DNA of 64,000 nucleotides from Parasitella parasitica NRRL 2501 (taxonomy: Eukaryota; Fungi; Mucoromycota): contig MU619238.1 in NCBI GenBank assembly GCA_025201805.1, positions 290,848-354,847 of the forward strand, in the 5' to 3' direction. Made by a program: the position numbers and the translations under genes. The notes under the pieces were generated by a model. That model was not told where the DNA came from. It was given only the letters and a program-made list of their open reading frames with translations, and ran no database searches. Positions within the stretch are counted from its first letter, which is position 1, and the number at the start of each line of letters is the position of its first letter. This document shows positions 39,572 to 53,331 of this stretch, one piece after another.

Positions 39572-40078
39572 ATGTTTTTTTTTTGTTTTGTTTTTTACTT
39601 GTAAAAATCATTCTTACCCACTGTATTCCACGTTTCGTACTTTTCTGTATATTGTTTTAAATAAAAAGGCGTTTCTTCACTTGAAAAAAATAACATATAT
39701 GGAATAGGGCTATATTTGACAAGACGGAAATCATTTTGAAGATGGTATACTTCAGAGCCCTCTTGTTCTATCAACACTTGTGTGTGTGTGTGTGTGTATG
39801 TGTGCGCGTATATATTACATGCACTTCGACCGTCTTTCGATGCTTAGAGCTAATGGCTCGTTGCCAACATTGTCAACAACTAAAGACAAGCAGGATCAAA
39901 TGACGTTTTACCAAAACCCGCGCAATCAAGCTTAAAAATTACACATTCCTTCCAAGCAAATAACCATATAATATAAGGATCTGAAATTATCAACGCTTAA
40001 TGCTAATGCAAACTCGTAAACAAGCATTTGATTACTTTTTTTTTATTGAAATATACAAAAAAAAGGGGGGGGGGGAAT

Positions 40079-41403
40079 CTAGTGGGATGATGATGATGTT
40101 GAGGATGAAGCCGAAGGGGGACAGCAGCTTGTCTGGTGGACTAATTTATGAGCCTTTACGCAGCGAACACTGCAGTAAGGTTGTGATTTGCAACGAGAAC
40201 AAACAGGCATCACCGATTTTTCAATACCACAGTACGAACAAGTGGTAGTATGAGAGTTTGAAGAAGACGAAACGGAAGAGCTGGTCGAGGAAGACGATGA
40301 GGATTCAAAAGTGAATGTGGATGAGAACGTATTCTTGTGTTTTATGGAGGGTCTCGATGCTTCCATAAGGCGTTGTATTGTAGCCAATGCGGATCGTTGC
40401 AAATGCTGTTGTGGCTCAAAAGGAGTAGGTCGCACGGAGGCGCATTTGCGATAGTACAAGATAGCTTGATTTACCTCATTGGATTGCTCAAACACTAAAG
40501 CACGACAATTATAGACAGTAATACGAATCGCCCTTCGGTAGATTTCTTCCTCATGCTCATCACCACCACTGCTGCCCGTCTCACTAACAAGAGAATCAAC
40601 CGAGTTCCTTTCACCAAAAGGCATGACGGCTGAAACATGCAAATCACGCTCAAACGATTCTTCTTTGAGTTGCTTGGCGAATTCCCAAAGTTCTGCAGTA
40701 ATCAAATCAAACCAATGAAGATACTGGTATGTGCTTGTTTCTCTATGAGAAAGCACCAAATTCGTCATTTGCCAGGTTAAATCAAACAAGTCTTTGTTGC
40801 ATTGGATAGGTTCTGATTCCCGTGCATACTTCAAGGCAGTCATGTAGTAACCAGCGATTAGATCACATCTGTAGCAACCGTTTGAGTCGTGCTTCATATT
40901 CACTTGAGAAGCTAGTCTCACAGCATCTTGCAATGAATGCTGACGAATAGATTCAATGTTCAACTGCTGGCGATAATGGTTTGTAGTGATAGATGTGGGG
41001 GCGTAAGACCTCGCAGGGGATTTGCTATTAGGTACAATAATTTGGGGAGAATACATGCTAGTCTGTCTAAATAAAAAAAAAGAAGAAAGGAAGCAAAAAA
41101 AAACAAAACAAAAGAGGGGAATTGATGATAAAGGTCTTTTTATACATTTCACCAAGTTGTCTATCAATGATTTACAATTATCAGATGCCGGCTCTGGAAA
41201 ACTATCATATGTTAACCGTGTTGAGTTTGTAACATCTGCACCAGGTGATCTCCCGTGCTCCAACTATTTAGAAGTGTCAAAACACTGCATAATGCCATTA
41301 TCTGATCTTCTAATCGCACACAACCGTTCTGCTCTCTTCCTACCTTTGCCAAAAGCTGTTTACTGCTATTCTTTGCTTCGACCGTTTTTTTATTGCGTTC
41401 CAT
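40079..41403 (-). CDS. zf-MYND domain protein; about 3 exons
   Basis: C-terminal CSYC..CSRC..YCSVRC..H..H..C MYND finger preceded by a TPR-like helix pair and a Ser-rich linker. First exon MERNKK...AK joins in frame at 41263. Confidence 0.75.
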
Positions 41404-43255
41404 CCTTTTTATTCAAATAGTTCAGATCAGCCACTTTCAATTCGGATTTTTAACCGTGTTACTTGGATCGACCATTCAAATTGGCTAAACACCCACATGG
41501 AGAAATAATAACGCTTTCATTGGATGCAAAGCCAACAATATTACTTTAAAAAATTTCTGTATTACCTCTTCGGCCACGCAAAGAGCTAAATGTTCATCTA
41601 GTTTTATGATTTTGGTGATTTGCCTGCAAATCATGATGAAACACAGCAATTCAGATGCGAAAGAATCAAATCAAGTTGCACAGACAAAAAAAAACATAAA
41701 CGCTTTTCTACATAAATGTACCCATTTGTATAAATTATAGATAGGGGTAGTATTGCAAGAAATTCAAATTAGCCTCCAAAGTCGTAAAAGAAAACGCGAA
41801 ATTTCTATGTCATAGTAAGCAATCTAGCTTCATGTTTCATTTAGAGATAATTCTACAACTGTTCCTTTCTATTTGCCTAACAATTAAGCTTTTGCCTGTG
41901 GTTCAACCGCTTGAAACTTGGTTACACCATAATGGGATGAAATTGGAAAATTTATAAAAAAAAAAGTGCTTAAATTGGACATTTTTCTACACCGTATGAA
42001 GAGATCAAGACATAAATCAACGAATTTTGATGAGAAGGCGTCTTTTCTGAGGTGGATATTAGGAAAATATAAGACATCAAAGTAGAGTATTGAAAATATA
42101 ATCTCGAAAGATTCCGGATACCAGCACAAAGAATTTACACGTGGACCAATGTTGGGACATTATTTGACCCAGTTATCTTTGTATACCATACCATAAGCAA
42201 AGTTATGCCAGCAAAGCTTGTTGGAGTATATTTTTCAGGAGATCTTGTTGCCATCTTTCAAATGAGATTCCGCATAGATATCACTCAATGTAACATTCTT
42301 ATTTGTCATTGCGAAAGTGTCCAATGAAGCAATATGAGATAGACCGAAAAGGCGATATATTTTGAATAGCTTGATTTGACGACCAATGCACAGAACAATA
42401 TGCTACAAGTTTGTGCGCTGTTAATTTTCATTGATGCATGTACTGCATCCGTGTAGCATTTGCCATGCGTATGTTGCATTCAAATTCTGAACGTGGCTTG
42501 CTATCGTAAGGAATGTTATCTTCGCAGAATTCACAATAATGTTTTTTTTTTATAACACCAAGAAAAGTTTAAATTTCAAACTTTGTGGCAAATCCCGGTA
42601 GTTTGTGTTCATCCGCATGTCGCAATCCCTAGTATATTCATTAGCCATCCCCAATACATATGCAAATACTTTGATCTATCGTTTCATAGCTTTCACCAAA
42701 AATGATTAAATGCAAATTTCCTCGCTGAGTCTATATTAGGATGTGTCTTTTACTTGATAGCGAACAATGCAGTTGCTGGCAAGTTTTTCCTTAAAAGTCT
42801 ATTCACAAACACTTGTAGGAGGATTCCTGTTCCTGGAAGTCGTTACTAGTGTATTGTCTCTGAATTGTGAAATTTGCACAATGCGTGTCTAATTGAATGA
42901 GTCAAGTGTCAGTAGGTTTTTACCATTTATCTAGCATATATCATGTTCTGATTTTAGATTAGCAGCCACCAATTAATAAGCTAAAATGCAGATATTTGAT
43001 ATACCCACAGTTATCCAAGAAAATGATGATTTCAAATCAGTCGCCCTACCACACATTCACTAAGATTGGGAGCTTCAGGGCCAAAAAAGCATCTCCAATC
43101 ATCGGGCCCACGGACGCTGACAATGCAACCAATGAAAACCACACGTGCCTGTTCAAAACTTTTTTTATAAACGAGCTTCTTTGACATTTGTTGTGCCTTT
43201 CTCTCTTATATATATATATATATATATACATATACATACATAAAATACACAAGCA

Positions 43256-44353
43256 ATGGCCAATATCAAAGTCGGCACCATTGATCCAAAAAAGACCCCA
43301 ACAGAGCCGAAGCCCAAGGCCAACATAGGACTACGACCTTATTTTGCAGACACTGATAAAAAATACGTCCATTATCTGTTCTACTCTACATACTTCAACC
43401 TTGTCCCTCAAGCTGTTCGTGTCCGCATTCAGTCACCCGTTGTATTAGCCATTTGGTTAGCTATTTATGCTTGTTTGATGACAGTCATTCCCTCAACCGT
43501 TGGTAAGTTGGGCTGGTCCAAAACTTTGCTGGTTGGTGTTCAAATCTTGATTACCTTGGTCGTCTTTGGTGGTGGCTTTATTGTATTGCTATGGTATACA
43601 GACAAATTCGACATCACAAACCGTGTTGTAGAAGGCGTCGAGAATGATCTAAAGGAGCCCGATGTATATTATCGTGGCACTCCTGACGACCTGCGTAGAG
43701 GTAATTTTTGGGTTCTGACCTTGAACAACGAGATTGTTGGCTGTATCGGAATGGATCATACACCTCAGCCCGTCATCGACAAATCTGCAAGACACACATC
43801 CTATATCCGTGCGTCTGAACGTCCTCGCGCAGTAGATGCCCCCGAAGTCCATCAAGCTGAATGGAAGAAAACCGCCATGATCATGGCCCGAGTTGATGAT
43901 TTGATCCGTCTCACGTTGGTTGGCGTCTTTGATATTGCGAGGGATCTCTACTTTAAATTGAAAGGAACTCAACCCACCAACACGGAAAAGGTACTGTTCG
44001 AAGCCCATAAACCCAACGAGGCAAGTGTACGACGTTTAGCTGTCAAAATGGAATGCCAAAACCATGGATTATCTACGGTGCTTTTGAAAAGAGTTGCCTT
44101 ATGGGCTCACGCCCACCAAATCGAGTATCTTTATGCTGATGTTGACGAGCTCCAAGCCAATCTGGGCGACATTTTGGTCAAAAGGCATGGATATACCTTT
44201 GTTTCCAAAGAAAAGAAAGGCTTTTTCCAGACTAAATCAACCTACAAGCTGGATGTTAAATTATGGATGAGTAAAGACTTGGAGAGGCGCGCTCAAGAAA
44301 AGATTATTGAGGATCAAATGAAGGAGGATGCAGAGCTCAAAGAATACGAATAA
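43256..44353 (+). CDS. GNAT N-acetyltransferase with two internal TM helices (NAT8/camello-like)
   Basis: GNFWVLTLNNEIVGCIG and VRRLAVKMECQNHGLS (motif A); two hydrophobic segments in the N-terminal half. Confidence 0.8.
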   Translation: MANIKVGTIDPKKTPTEPKPKANIGLRPYFADTDKKYVHYLFYSTYFNLVPQAVRVRIQSPVVLAIWLAIYACLMTVIPSTVGKLGWSKTLLVGVQILITLVVFGGGFIVLLWYTDKFDITNRVVEGVENDLKEPDVYYRGTPDDLRRGNFWVLTLNNEIVGCIGMDHTPQPVIDKSARHTSYIRASERPRAVDAPEVHQAEWKKTAMIMARVDDLIRLTLVGVFDIARDLYFKLKGTQPTNTEKVLFEAHKPNEASVRRLAVKMECQNHGLSTVLLKRVALWAHAHQIEYLYADVDELQANLGDILVKRHGYTFVSKEKKGFFQTKSTYKLDVKLWMSKDLERRAQEKIIEDQMKEDAELKEYE

Positions 44354-47323
44354 TCACTATTTAACCATTGTACTATACCTGTCTAATTTGTATTAAAAGA
44401 ATGCGCATATATCTCTTCTTTTTTTTGTGTGATCTAATTCTCTTCCGATGGACAGCGCTTCATCACTGGAGGAGTGCTCCCTTGTAAAGCAATACCGTTC
44501 AGAAGGAAACAATTTCAAGTCAATCTCTTGGATACTTCTTTTTCTCTCCCCAGCCATCTCTATTATTAAGAGGAACTCACTATGGTCCTTGATCGATTTG
44601 GTGTTGTTTCACTATAAACAGTCCAGAAGTGGTTTGTGGGATTTAGCTATGCAATTTTACAGCAACTCTCCAGTGTAAAGATATCTACAGTGTATATACC
44701 ATATCTTGAGCAGGGTAATAAATTTTACCGCATGTATTCTCCTTGAAATGCATACTTGAGTGTCACTATTGACATGAGAAAAATCAACTACTAATTTTGA
44801 AAGCTGAAAGGCATATTGGCCCACATCAGACTACCTCAGGTCGATCGTACCAAAATCTACAAGGGTTCTAGCTCATTGTGAGTTTAACAAGACTTGTAAA
44901 ACACCTCAAGTTTATTCAAAATAGCACTTGACCAAGCTCAAAAATATACTTGGCTTGGGGGAAATTTCACTTGTCTAGCCCAAGTGCATTTAAACAGGTT
45001 AATGCTTTCTAGACTTACCTCAAGCTTAAGCACACTTCAAGTCATCATCATGTGGTTGTACAGCTATCACATGTAAATAGGTGTATCATAATAATCTGCA
45101 TGATTTTTTTTTTCTTTTTTTTTTTTTTGGTGTGCAAATATTGTGCATTGTCACTATGAGAGAATTGATCCATTGGATGTTAAAAGGTACCCGGTTCACT
45201 ATATTTGCATTATTTCTGAACAATCCGGCGTATGGCGTTACATTCATGCAATTTCTTATCATGCGCGGGTAGTAATTTTGCTCTGAAAAGATTTGAATTA
45301 CTGAAATCGACTCAAGATCATTCTTGGAGCTCACGCAGAATTAATGTTCTTTATTACAATATGCCTCAAGTTTCCTTTGCTTTCTGTAGACTATTTATTA
45401 TCGTTTTTCGTATATTTTTATTTCTACGATGAGATTATGGGTTAATTACTTTATTTGTATACGAGTGGTATAAAAGAGCTCATAAATTTACAAAAGATAC
45501 ATGGTGCAACAGGCTCAACATGAATATGATGACTGCATGAATTGATGTAATGCTTTGATTTTGTTTCAAAATCGTATGCTTGTTTTGTTTACTTTTCTGA
45601 CCTTGTGCCTTTATCTTGCGAAAATATCGACCTATGAAAAACATTCTCGATATCATCTTTGTGAAAGCGATCCATCTAGCCCCAAAAAATACAATTCATG
45701 GGAACGAATTCGCAGCAATCGCCCACTTTTTGAAAAACTAAAAAAGTGTTTTATTAGAAATTTAAAGCAACAAATTTTTTTGAAAATAATTATGCAAATG
45801 GAGATACTGTCAAGGATCAAATTGGTGCTACTCGCGTGTTGCAGAAATGCCTGGCTATGGAGAAAGTAAGGAAAAACGATGAAATCGATAATCCAAATCA
45901 GGGGCTTCCGGGTACCCGCACCATAAAACAGTATATAAAGAAAGAGCATTTGAGTGATTCTTCCTCTCTTTGTCAAATAAAGTAGAACTTTTTCCTGCTT
46001 GCAGAACAGCTCCATTCATCTTGGTACGAGACGCGTAAAGAAATTCTCGTCGTTGATGACAGTCAAGACATGGTAGTCCTTTTGCTTCAGGGAAAGCGCT
46101 GCTGGCTGCTCTGCGCGCCGCTTGACCAACTCAAACACAACGCCTCAATATCTGTCAATCAAGGTAAAATGCTTCACATGTATTCAACGGTTATCTAAAG
46201 CTGACACATTTTTATTTAGGATGTTTTGTTTCTACAGCTCATACATGATTATCAAGCTAACTGCCTTCTATTGTCATCAAGGTACTATACTTCACATGCG
46301 TAAAACTAAAATCCAAGCCTAACAAATTTTACTCAGGGTGCTTCTACTGCTTGTTCCTATTGTCAAGCTGACTGTACTACTACTTCCTGACCATGATTTT
46401 CAAGGATGAATCTACAGCAAAATCATCAAGTTCAGACTGAGCCTGCTGCTGCGAAGTCGAGGCACGTTCTTACAAGTTCTTTACTGTTCATGCATGGTTG
46501 TTCAGCTGATTGCATCAATCGTTATCTGGCTGTTTGCCTGCTCTTGCCAGAACGATGTCCAAGAATGGGTTTACATTCAAGTTATCAAAACCAAGATTGA
46601 AGTTGCTACAAATTCAAGTTTCATCGCTACTATTCACACATGCTGTCGGTTGGCTGGCCACTACTTTCTCAATTACGGTGCAAGTGTGAATCCACAGCAA
46701 AGTCGTCAGGTCTACATTGCCTACTCAAAGGCCAAAATTAAGACTAAACTTTATCTTTGCTGCATTCATCTAATTCATCTACATACCCATATATCTTGAC
46801 ATTTCTTTTCATTATTTCAAACAATAAACTTTTAAATAAAAATATCATACTATATTTTTCAAAGCAATTTTTTTTTTCCATAGTGCCAATTTATAAAACA
46901 AGTAATGAACTCATTTAGGTGATAATGTACAGTATGTAGGTCTGCTGAAGTAAAGTTGAGCCAGATTAAGAGCAATAATTGGACTAGCTTATTAAGTGAA
47001 GCAATAAGTCCAGTTAAACACAATTTAGGGTTGATTAAGCCGGCTCAGTTTATCTGTCATAAAGTTACTCAAAAGTAAACCAAGTGTATAAATTTTAGAA
47101 AAGATCCTCCGGGAAAATTTTATCAATGCAAAGCATATTGATCTATGACGATTAATATTAAGATAAAAGTAAGCAAGCGATCATCTTTGTTTTTAGGGCC
47201 ATATTTAGTACTAATAACTTTATTTGGAAATGATATCATGGTGATGAAGGGTGTTTTTCGAGCTTTGAATACGAATATAAAAGAAAAGAGCAAACGAGTG
47301 TTTATTCAAACTAATTAACAACC

Positions 47324-49241
47324 ATGTATCCTAATCAAAACACTACTCCAATGCCTGAATCAATGCCTGAATCTATGCCAAGGTCTATGCCTGGGTCCAT
47401 GCCTGGGTCTATGCCTGGGTCTATGCCTGAAGACATCCCTGAAAATAACCGCACAGCAGCCACCGATACAGTTAACGCTGGTGGCTTTAATCAGAGTCAG
47501 TCTGCATCTCTTAACCATGGAGTTACCACAGAGAATATTTACAAAGGTACGTAAGCTTCATTAAATAAGGGCGAGCGCAGCTGCAGCCAGAATGTATAAG
47601 GCTGCTGGTTCAAACTGATGCAAACCCTTTTTTTTTTTTTTTTTCAAATTCAGGGGATTACGGAACCAACGGCAGTAATGATCATCAAAACAACAAGCGT
47701 AATGGTACTCTTGCCACTGGTGCAGCTGGTCTTGCTGACCATGAATCTAACAAGCATCACAATATTCGACGCGAGCTCGGCAATAGTCATTATAACGGTA
47801 TTCAACCTACCCATCACGGCGATGGTATCAACAGCAAGCCTCTTGAATCTAAAATCGGTAATTGTTTGGTAATCATCATTGCTGCCGCAAAATACTTATT
47901 AATGCTTTTATTAAGGGCCTTTAAACGACAAACGTTGCCTTGACAAGGAAGATGCTACTGGCTGTGTTGGCCATGAGTTGAATGGTCATCATAATGGACA
48001 GTCTGACCTTGTAGATAGCAATCACAGCAATTCTTTTCATCCTGCATACAACAACGTTAGCCATTCTTCCAATGGCACTGATCATCATTACAAGCGTGAT
48101 GCTGCCGGTGCTGCCGGTGCTGCTGGGATCGCTGGCCATGAGTTAGAGAAGCACCACGATAGACAACTTGGCCTTGACAATCATCATGCTGATCCTGGCA
48201 ATCCTTTTTCATCTGTCTCTAATAACGTCAACAATTCTTCCAATAACACTGATCATCATTACAAGCGTGATGCTGCTGGTGCTGCCGGTGCTGCTGGGAT
48301 TGCTGGCCANNNNNNNNNNNNNNNNNNNNNNNNNNNNNNNNNNNNNNNNNNNNNNNNNNNNNNNNNNNNNNNNNNNNNNNNNNNNNNNNNNNNNNNNNNN
48401 NNNNNNNNNNNNNNNNNNNNNNNNNNNNNNNNNNNNNNNNNNNNNNNNNNNNNNNNNNNNNNNNNNNNNNNNNNNNNNNNNNNNNNNNNNNNNNNNNNNN
48501 NNNNNNNNNNNNNNNNNNNNNNNNNNNNNNNNNNNNNNNNNNNNNNNNNNNNNNNNNNNNNNNNNNNNNNNNNNNNNNNNNNNNNNNNNNNNNNNNNNNN
48601 NNNNNNNNNNNNNNNNNNNNNNNNNNNNNNNNNNNNNNNNNNNNNNNNNNNNNNNNNNNNNNNNNNNNNNNNNNNNNNNNNNNNNNNNNNNNNNNNNNNN
48701 NNNNNNNNNNNNNNNNNNNNNNNNNNNNNNNNNNNNNNNNNNNNNNNNNNNNNNNNNNNNNNNNNNNNNNNNNNNNNNNNNNNNNNNNNACACTGATCAT
48801 CATTACAAGCGTGATGCTGCTGGTGCTGCCGGTGCTGCTGGGATTGCTGGCCACGAGTTAAAGAAGCATCACGACAAGCAACCCGGTCTTGCCACTCATC
48901 ATGCTGGTACTGGCAATCTTCTTTCTTCTGTCTCTTCCAACAACATTAACCAATCTTCCAATGGCACTGACCACCATTACATGCGTGATGCTGCTGGTGT
49001 TACTGGTAATGAAATGCAAGAGCATCTTGCTGAAAAGAGTAATACACCCTCTGGTCAGACGCCTATCTCAAACAAATCATCGGCTAGTAGCTCCTCTAAA
49101 AAGAAGGGAGCTGCAGTACATAACAAACCTTCGAATACTGGTGGCGATGCCCATCATATTGCTGAACAGCCTCCCTTGGGATTGGGTGGACTTACTGGTA
49201 AACAACCTGTGGGGGAAGTCAATTTCCACAAGCTCTCTTAA
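47324..49241 (+). CDS. His/Gly/Ala/Asn-rich tandem-repeat (hydrophilin-like) protein; interrupted by a gap
   Basis: TATA-like box at ~47276; N-terminal MP(G/E/R)S repeats; ~57-aa units containing DHHYKRDAAGAAGAAGIAGHELxKHH. Confidence 0.7.
48076..49010 (+). repeat. Coding tandem repeat, 171-174 bp unit
   Basis: Unit starts (cactga..) at 48076, 48247, 48791 and 48965. Confidence 0.9.
48310..48789. other. Assembly gap (480 N)
   Basis: Run of N flanked by an identical 64-bp sequence on both sides. Confidence 1.
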
Positions 49242-49418
49242 TATGTATAATCTGTGAATAACACTATAACATGTTGTGTACATAAACTACGTGTGTTTTG
49301 AATAAACAAGGAGTATATACCATATATATATATATATATGTGCACAAGAGATTTTTTTTTAATTGTATGAAATGTATACAACTTTGAGGTGGTATATGTG
49401 TGCTTAATTGTACGATGA

Positions 49419-50030
49419 TTAAAGTTCCTGGCTTGATTTGAACTCCCACCTTCCTTCATAAAAACCTTTGGCTGTATCTTTGATCAACGTGTCTTCTCGT
49501 TGGCCAACGTATACAGATTTGTCAAGAACACGCCTGCGCAAGTCTGCAATGCTTTCAGATGGAATGGGAGACTCGAGAAGTTCAGAGAGTTGCTCGGTGG
49601 CAAGTTCAAGATCTCTTTGATTGTCCTCGAATAACGCCTTGTGATTGGTTTTTTCCATGTAATAGGCAAAGACGTAGGACCATTTTAAAGTGTTTCTTGA
49701 CTGAACAATCATGTCTACAGCTCGTTTGAGGAATTGGACCTCAATCCAGGTCAGACTGCTTGTATTTTGCACTTGCAACATGGACTTTTCCGTTTTATTG
49801 TACAGTGCTTGATCCAGTGCTGCAGAGTTTTGATGGTTGGTATATCTGGTCCAATACTATTTTTTTGACAGGTTGAAAAAAAAAAAAAAAAATCACCTAT
49901 GGAACAACTTACATGTAAATAGCGCTCAATATTTGCCCTCTTTGTGGAAAGTCCCGGTGTATCTTCACGGTAACGGTTACAGTTGTAAGCTTGTCCACTG
50001 TGGTGTCTCCAAGAGCCTGCATACACAGCC

Positions 50031-50063
<33 letters not shown>

Positions 50064-51465
50064 CCAAATGGCTACCTACCCAAACAAACCCAGCAAAATT
50101 CATGTCGACATTGCTTGCACCACATATGATTGCATCCACCATTCTTTTCTATAGGTGATTGGCATTTGGGACAATCTTTTGTATGGCTGGAGATCCACGT
50201 TGCTGTCGCTGAATCCTCCTCCTTTTTCCGCCACCAATCTTTCGCCATGGAACAGCTTGCAGGCTACATGTGGCATGAGGATGACTGACTTTTTTTTTTG
50301 CTCCCCTCAGAGTAAAACGTCTTACCTGATGGTTGTTGAAATCACATCCAAAGCACATTACATGGCCACAGTCGCATGTAACAGTGGGTACAATGGTATC
50401 AAGAGAATTTTTTGAAATGTCACATTCAATTGCGTATTTGCAATCAGGAGCAATGCACCACTTTAAATTGGGATTGTCCCGCACGTAAACCTTGTCCAAC
50501 GACTCTTCATATCTGCATTGTGATCAGTTGTGGCGTGTTCATTTTAAAGCGTATAAACATTACCTAATATACGTGCGCTGATCCAACACAATGCTCAAAG
50601 TCGTTTGATCCACGAGTACTTTGCATCCTTCCTGGGGACATTGAATACACGTTGAATCGCCTTGTTTGACCTTTTCCGTCAAGTAGTGAGAGTAGCAGGC
50701 TATACAGAATAAATGACCACAGGCAAGACTAGCTGTTTCCAAGCCAGGTTCGTTATTGCAGCAGATCTCGCATTCAAAAGATATATCAGGATCTTTATTA
50801 TGGCAATCGACAAAAGTGGGAGATACATCAAGTCCGGCTTCTTCAAGCACTTTATCAGGGGTTTCAATGTATTTTTCAATCAAAGTTTCCTTGTTCCATT
50901 TGAAATAGTGCAGCAATATTGTCGAAAATTGATTGGAAATAGCTGATTGCCAAGAGTGTTGACAAAGCGTATTAAAAGTATGCACTAAAAAGTATCTTAC
51001 CTAGCAAAGATGACACCTGCTCGATGGTACTGGCTTGCATGATCCTCAACTTGTCAGCATCTCTGGAAGCAAATGTTATCTTGTACTTGACATCTTCTGG
51101 TCTATCAAAGTAGCTGTCATCCATGTCGTCCTCACTCTGTGCGCTATCTCCATTGAAAATGTCGTCGAAATCATCTGGCCGCAGTAAGGAGTAATTTAGC
51201 TCAGACTAATGATATGCAAAAAAATAGAATAGCCTACCAGAATGAAAGGAAGCATTGTTTTCCGTCGAGTTGTAAGTTGCCTCCTCCTCGGTAGGGTCGA
51301 TCTCCATATCATCGTCAGAACTAAAAACCAGCTTTTACATCGAATATAATACACGCAGAAGCAAGCATAAATGACGATGGTTCGTTTAATTATTTCAGGG
51401 CGTTTTTAGAAAGCTCTTACCTGAGCAGGGGTTTCGGCTGAAGATCCCAAATGACCATGCGACAT
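49419..51465 (-). CDS. Ariadne-family RBR E3 ubiquitin ligase; multi-exon
   Basis: Acidic N-terminus, [12 protein letters not shown] (UBA-like), RING1 (CEICC..CGHLFC..C..CPQEGC), IBR (WCIAPDC), RING2 ([14 protein letters not shown]) and Ariadne domain ([20 protein letters not shown]). Confidence 0.9.
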
Positions 51466-51872
51466 TTTAATGATAACAAGGCTTAATGAAAGTAAGAAGA
51501 ACAAGGGAATCGATGAATGAGTGAAAAAAAAAAAAAAAAAAAAAACCAGGTCTTGATTTATCTAACAGCGAGAGCAAAGCCGTGAATGAAATAGCTTCAA
51601 AGCAACACAAGACAGTCATCTCGCATTGTGCGAAATCAACTTGTCAATATACCTTCAAATGTCTATGAAGTCAGGAATTGTGTGTGTGTGAAAGCAGCAT
51701 TAACAAGCAGACAGGGCTCAAGCCTTGTAGCGAGAAATGCTGCCTTGCACGATGATATCAATAACAGCGATTTATTATTATGTATATAGTAGCCTTTCCT
51801 TCCAAATCTTGTGCCATTCATATATAATTTTTTTTTTTTAATCACTCAATAGTTTACAATATACTTTTTGGA

Positions 51873-53146
51873 TTAAATTTCGAGTCCTGCAGCCGTAGAG
51901 TCGTCGATATGTCTTAGTTTGAGAAACACATCGCAGCCGAAACCCCACATGGATACCAGAGTAAGCGAGCCGCCGAAATAACGGGCATACATTCTTGCCA
52001 ACGGCAAACCAAACCCTAAACCTGCCAGTGGACCTCCAACGCCACTCTGCATCGCCATTTCTGTGATATTTCGAAATATGTTGGACGGATCGTTTTCAGC
52101 GTCTTCCTTTGCCTTGGATACGGTCGTGTAGGAATACTCAAACACTTTGTGCAGATCTTCATCGCTGATGCCGTTTCCCTGATCGCGAATTCGGATTGAG
52201 ACGTCCTCATGGCCTTGGCTGATTGTAATTTGAATAGGCGGCAATGCTGTAGTCCTTCCCATCTTTTTGTGGTGCTCTACCGTTGCTCTGTAAGAGTTCT
52301 TTAGTAGCTCCGTCAAGATATACTCCAAGTGAACAGGCACGTAGGTGAATTTGGTGTTTGTATGGCCGTCAATGATCGCCTCTGGACTTTGGCCATAGTT
52401 GAATTCACACAGTTCAGCAACGAAATCTGAGCAGGATTTGATCAGCTGGTCAGGTCTGATTTGAGTGTCAATAATGCCAACCAAGCCGTCCGTTTGAATG
52501 TCCTTTTGATGCATCAATGCAATAGCTTGTTCCGCAATAAGACGAATACCAATCCGTGCTTGGATCATGTCGTCTAAAAATCTAGCCATATCTTGCGAAT
52601 TCATGTATTGCTTGCATTCCAGGAAGCCTGCAGCGCTGAGCGATCAGTATACAATGGCGAGCTTTTGCGTAATGCAGTGTTTTTTTTTTACATACCTCTT
52701 GCAAGAGTGGGGATATTGTCACTATGACGTTCAACGAAATCCTTTAGCTTCTCAATGAATTCAATGTCGTCTTTGGGGGCGTCGGGAAGAGCGTAATTTA
52801 CCAGTGATTCGAAGGAATCGTAATACAAACTATAAATTTCTTTTATATGAGGATTTGTACCAACGATGAAGGGTAAACTTTGAAAAGCTCTTACGCGTCT
52901 GGCTAAACGCACTGGTAGTTCAGTTCGTGCATACTGTGTACAGGCCTGTAAACTTTCGTTTGACAATGGCGGACGACCAAAGCCAGCCAGTTTACCCAGA
53001 GTAACAGGATTGACTTGCTTGCCGGCAAAGCTGGCGATTTTATCATCGTAAAATGCGTGCGAGTGGGGTCTTTCAATCGCCTTGGAAGCAACAAGACGGA
53101 CATGCTTGGTTTTATGTAGACGGGGAATTTGGGCGAAACGAAGCAT
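51873..53146 (-). CDS. Mitochondrial alpha-ketoacid dehydrogenase kinase (BCKDK/PDK family); 2 exons
   Basis: Basic presequence; ELPVRLARR, RIGIRLIAEQ, ELLKNSYRA, RIRDQGNG and AGLGFGLPLARMYARYFGG motifs. Confidence 0.92.
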
Positions 53147-53331
53147 TTCTGAGGGAAAATAAAGTACAAGAAGAAAAAGGGTCAGAAAACAGGGAGAAAG
53201 GGTATATTTATTTACGGCATTTTATCGTGAGAAAAATAAAAGAATACAAGACTGATCAAAGTTTTGTTTATTTATGTGTCTATGTACTGATGCATGTGTA
53301 TGTATAAATTTGCAGCGTTGCTCGCAAGTGT

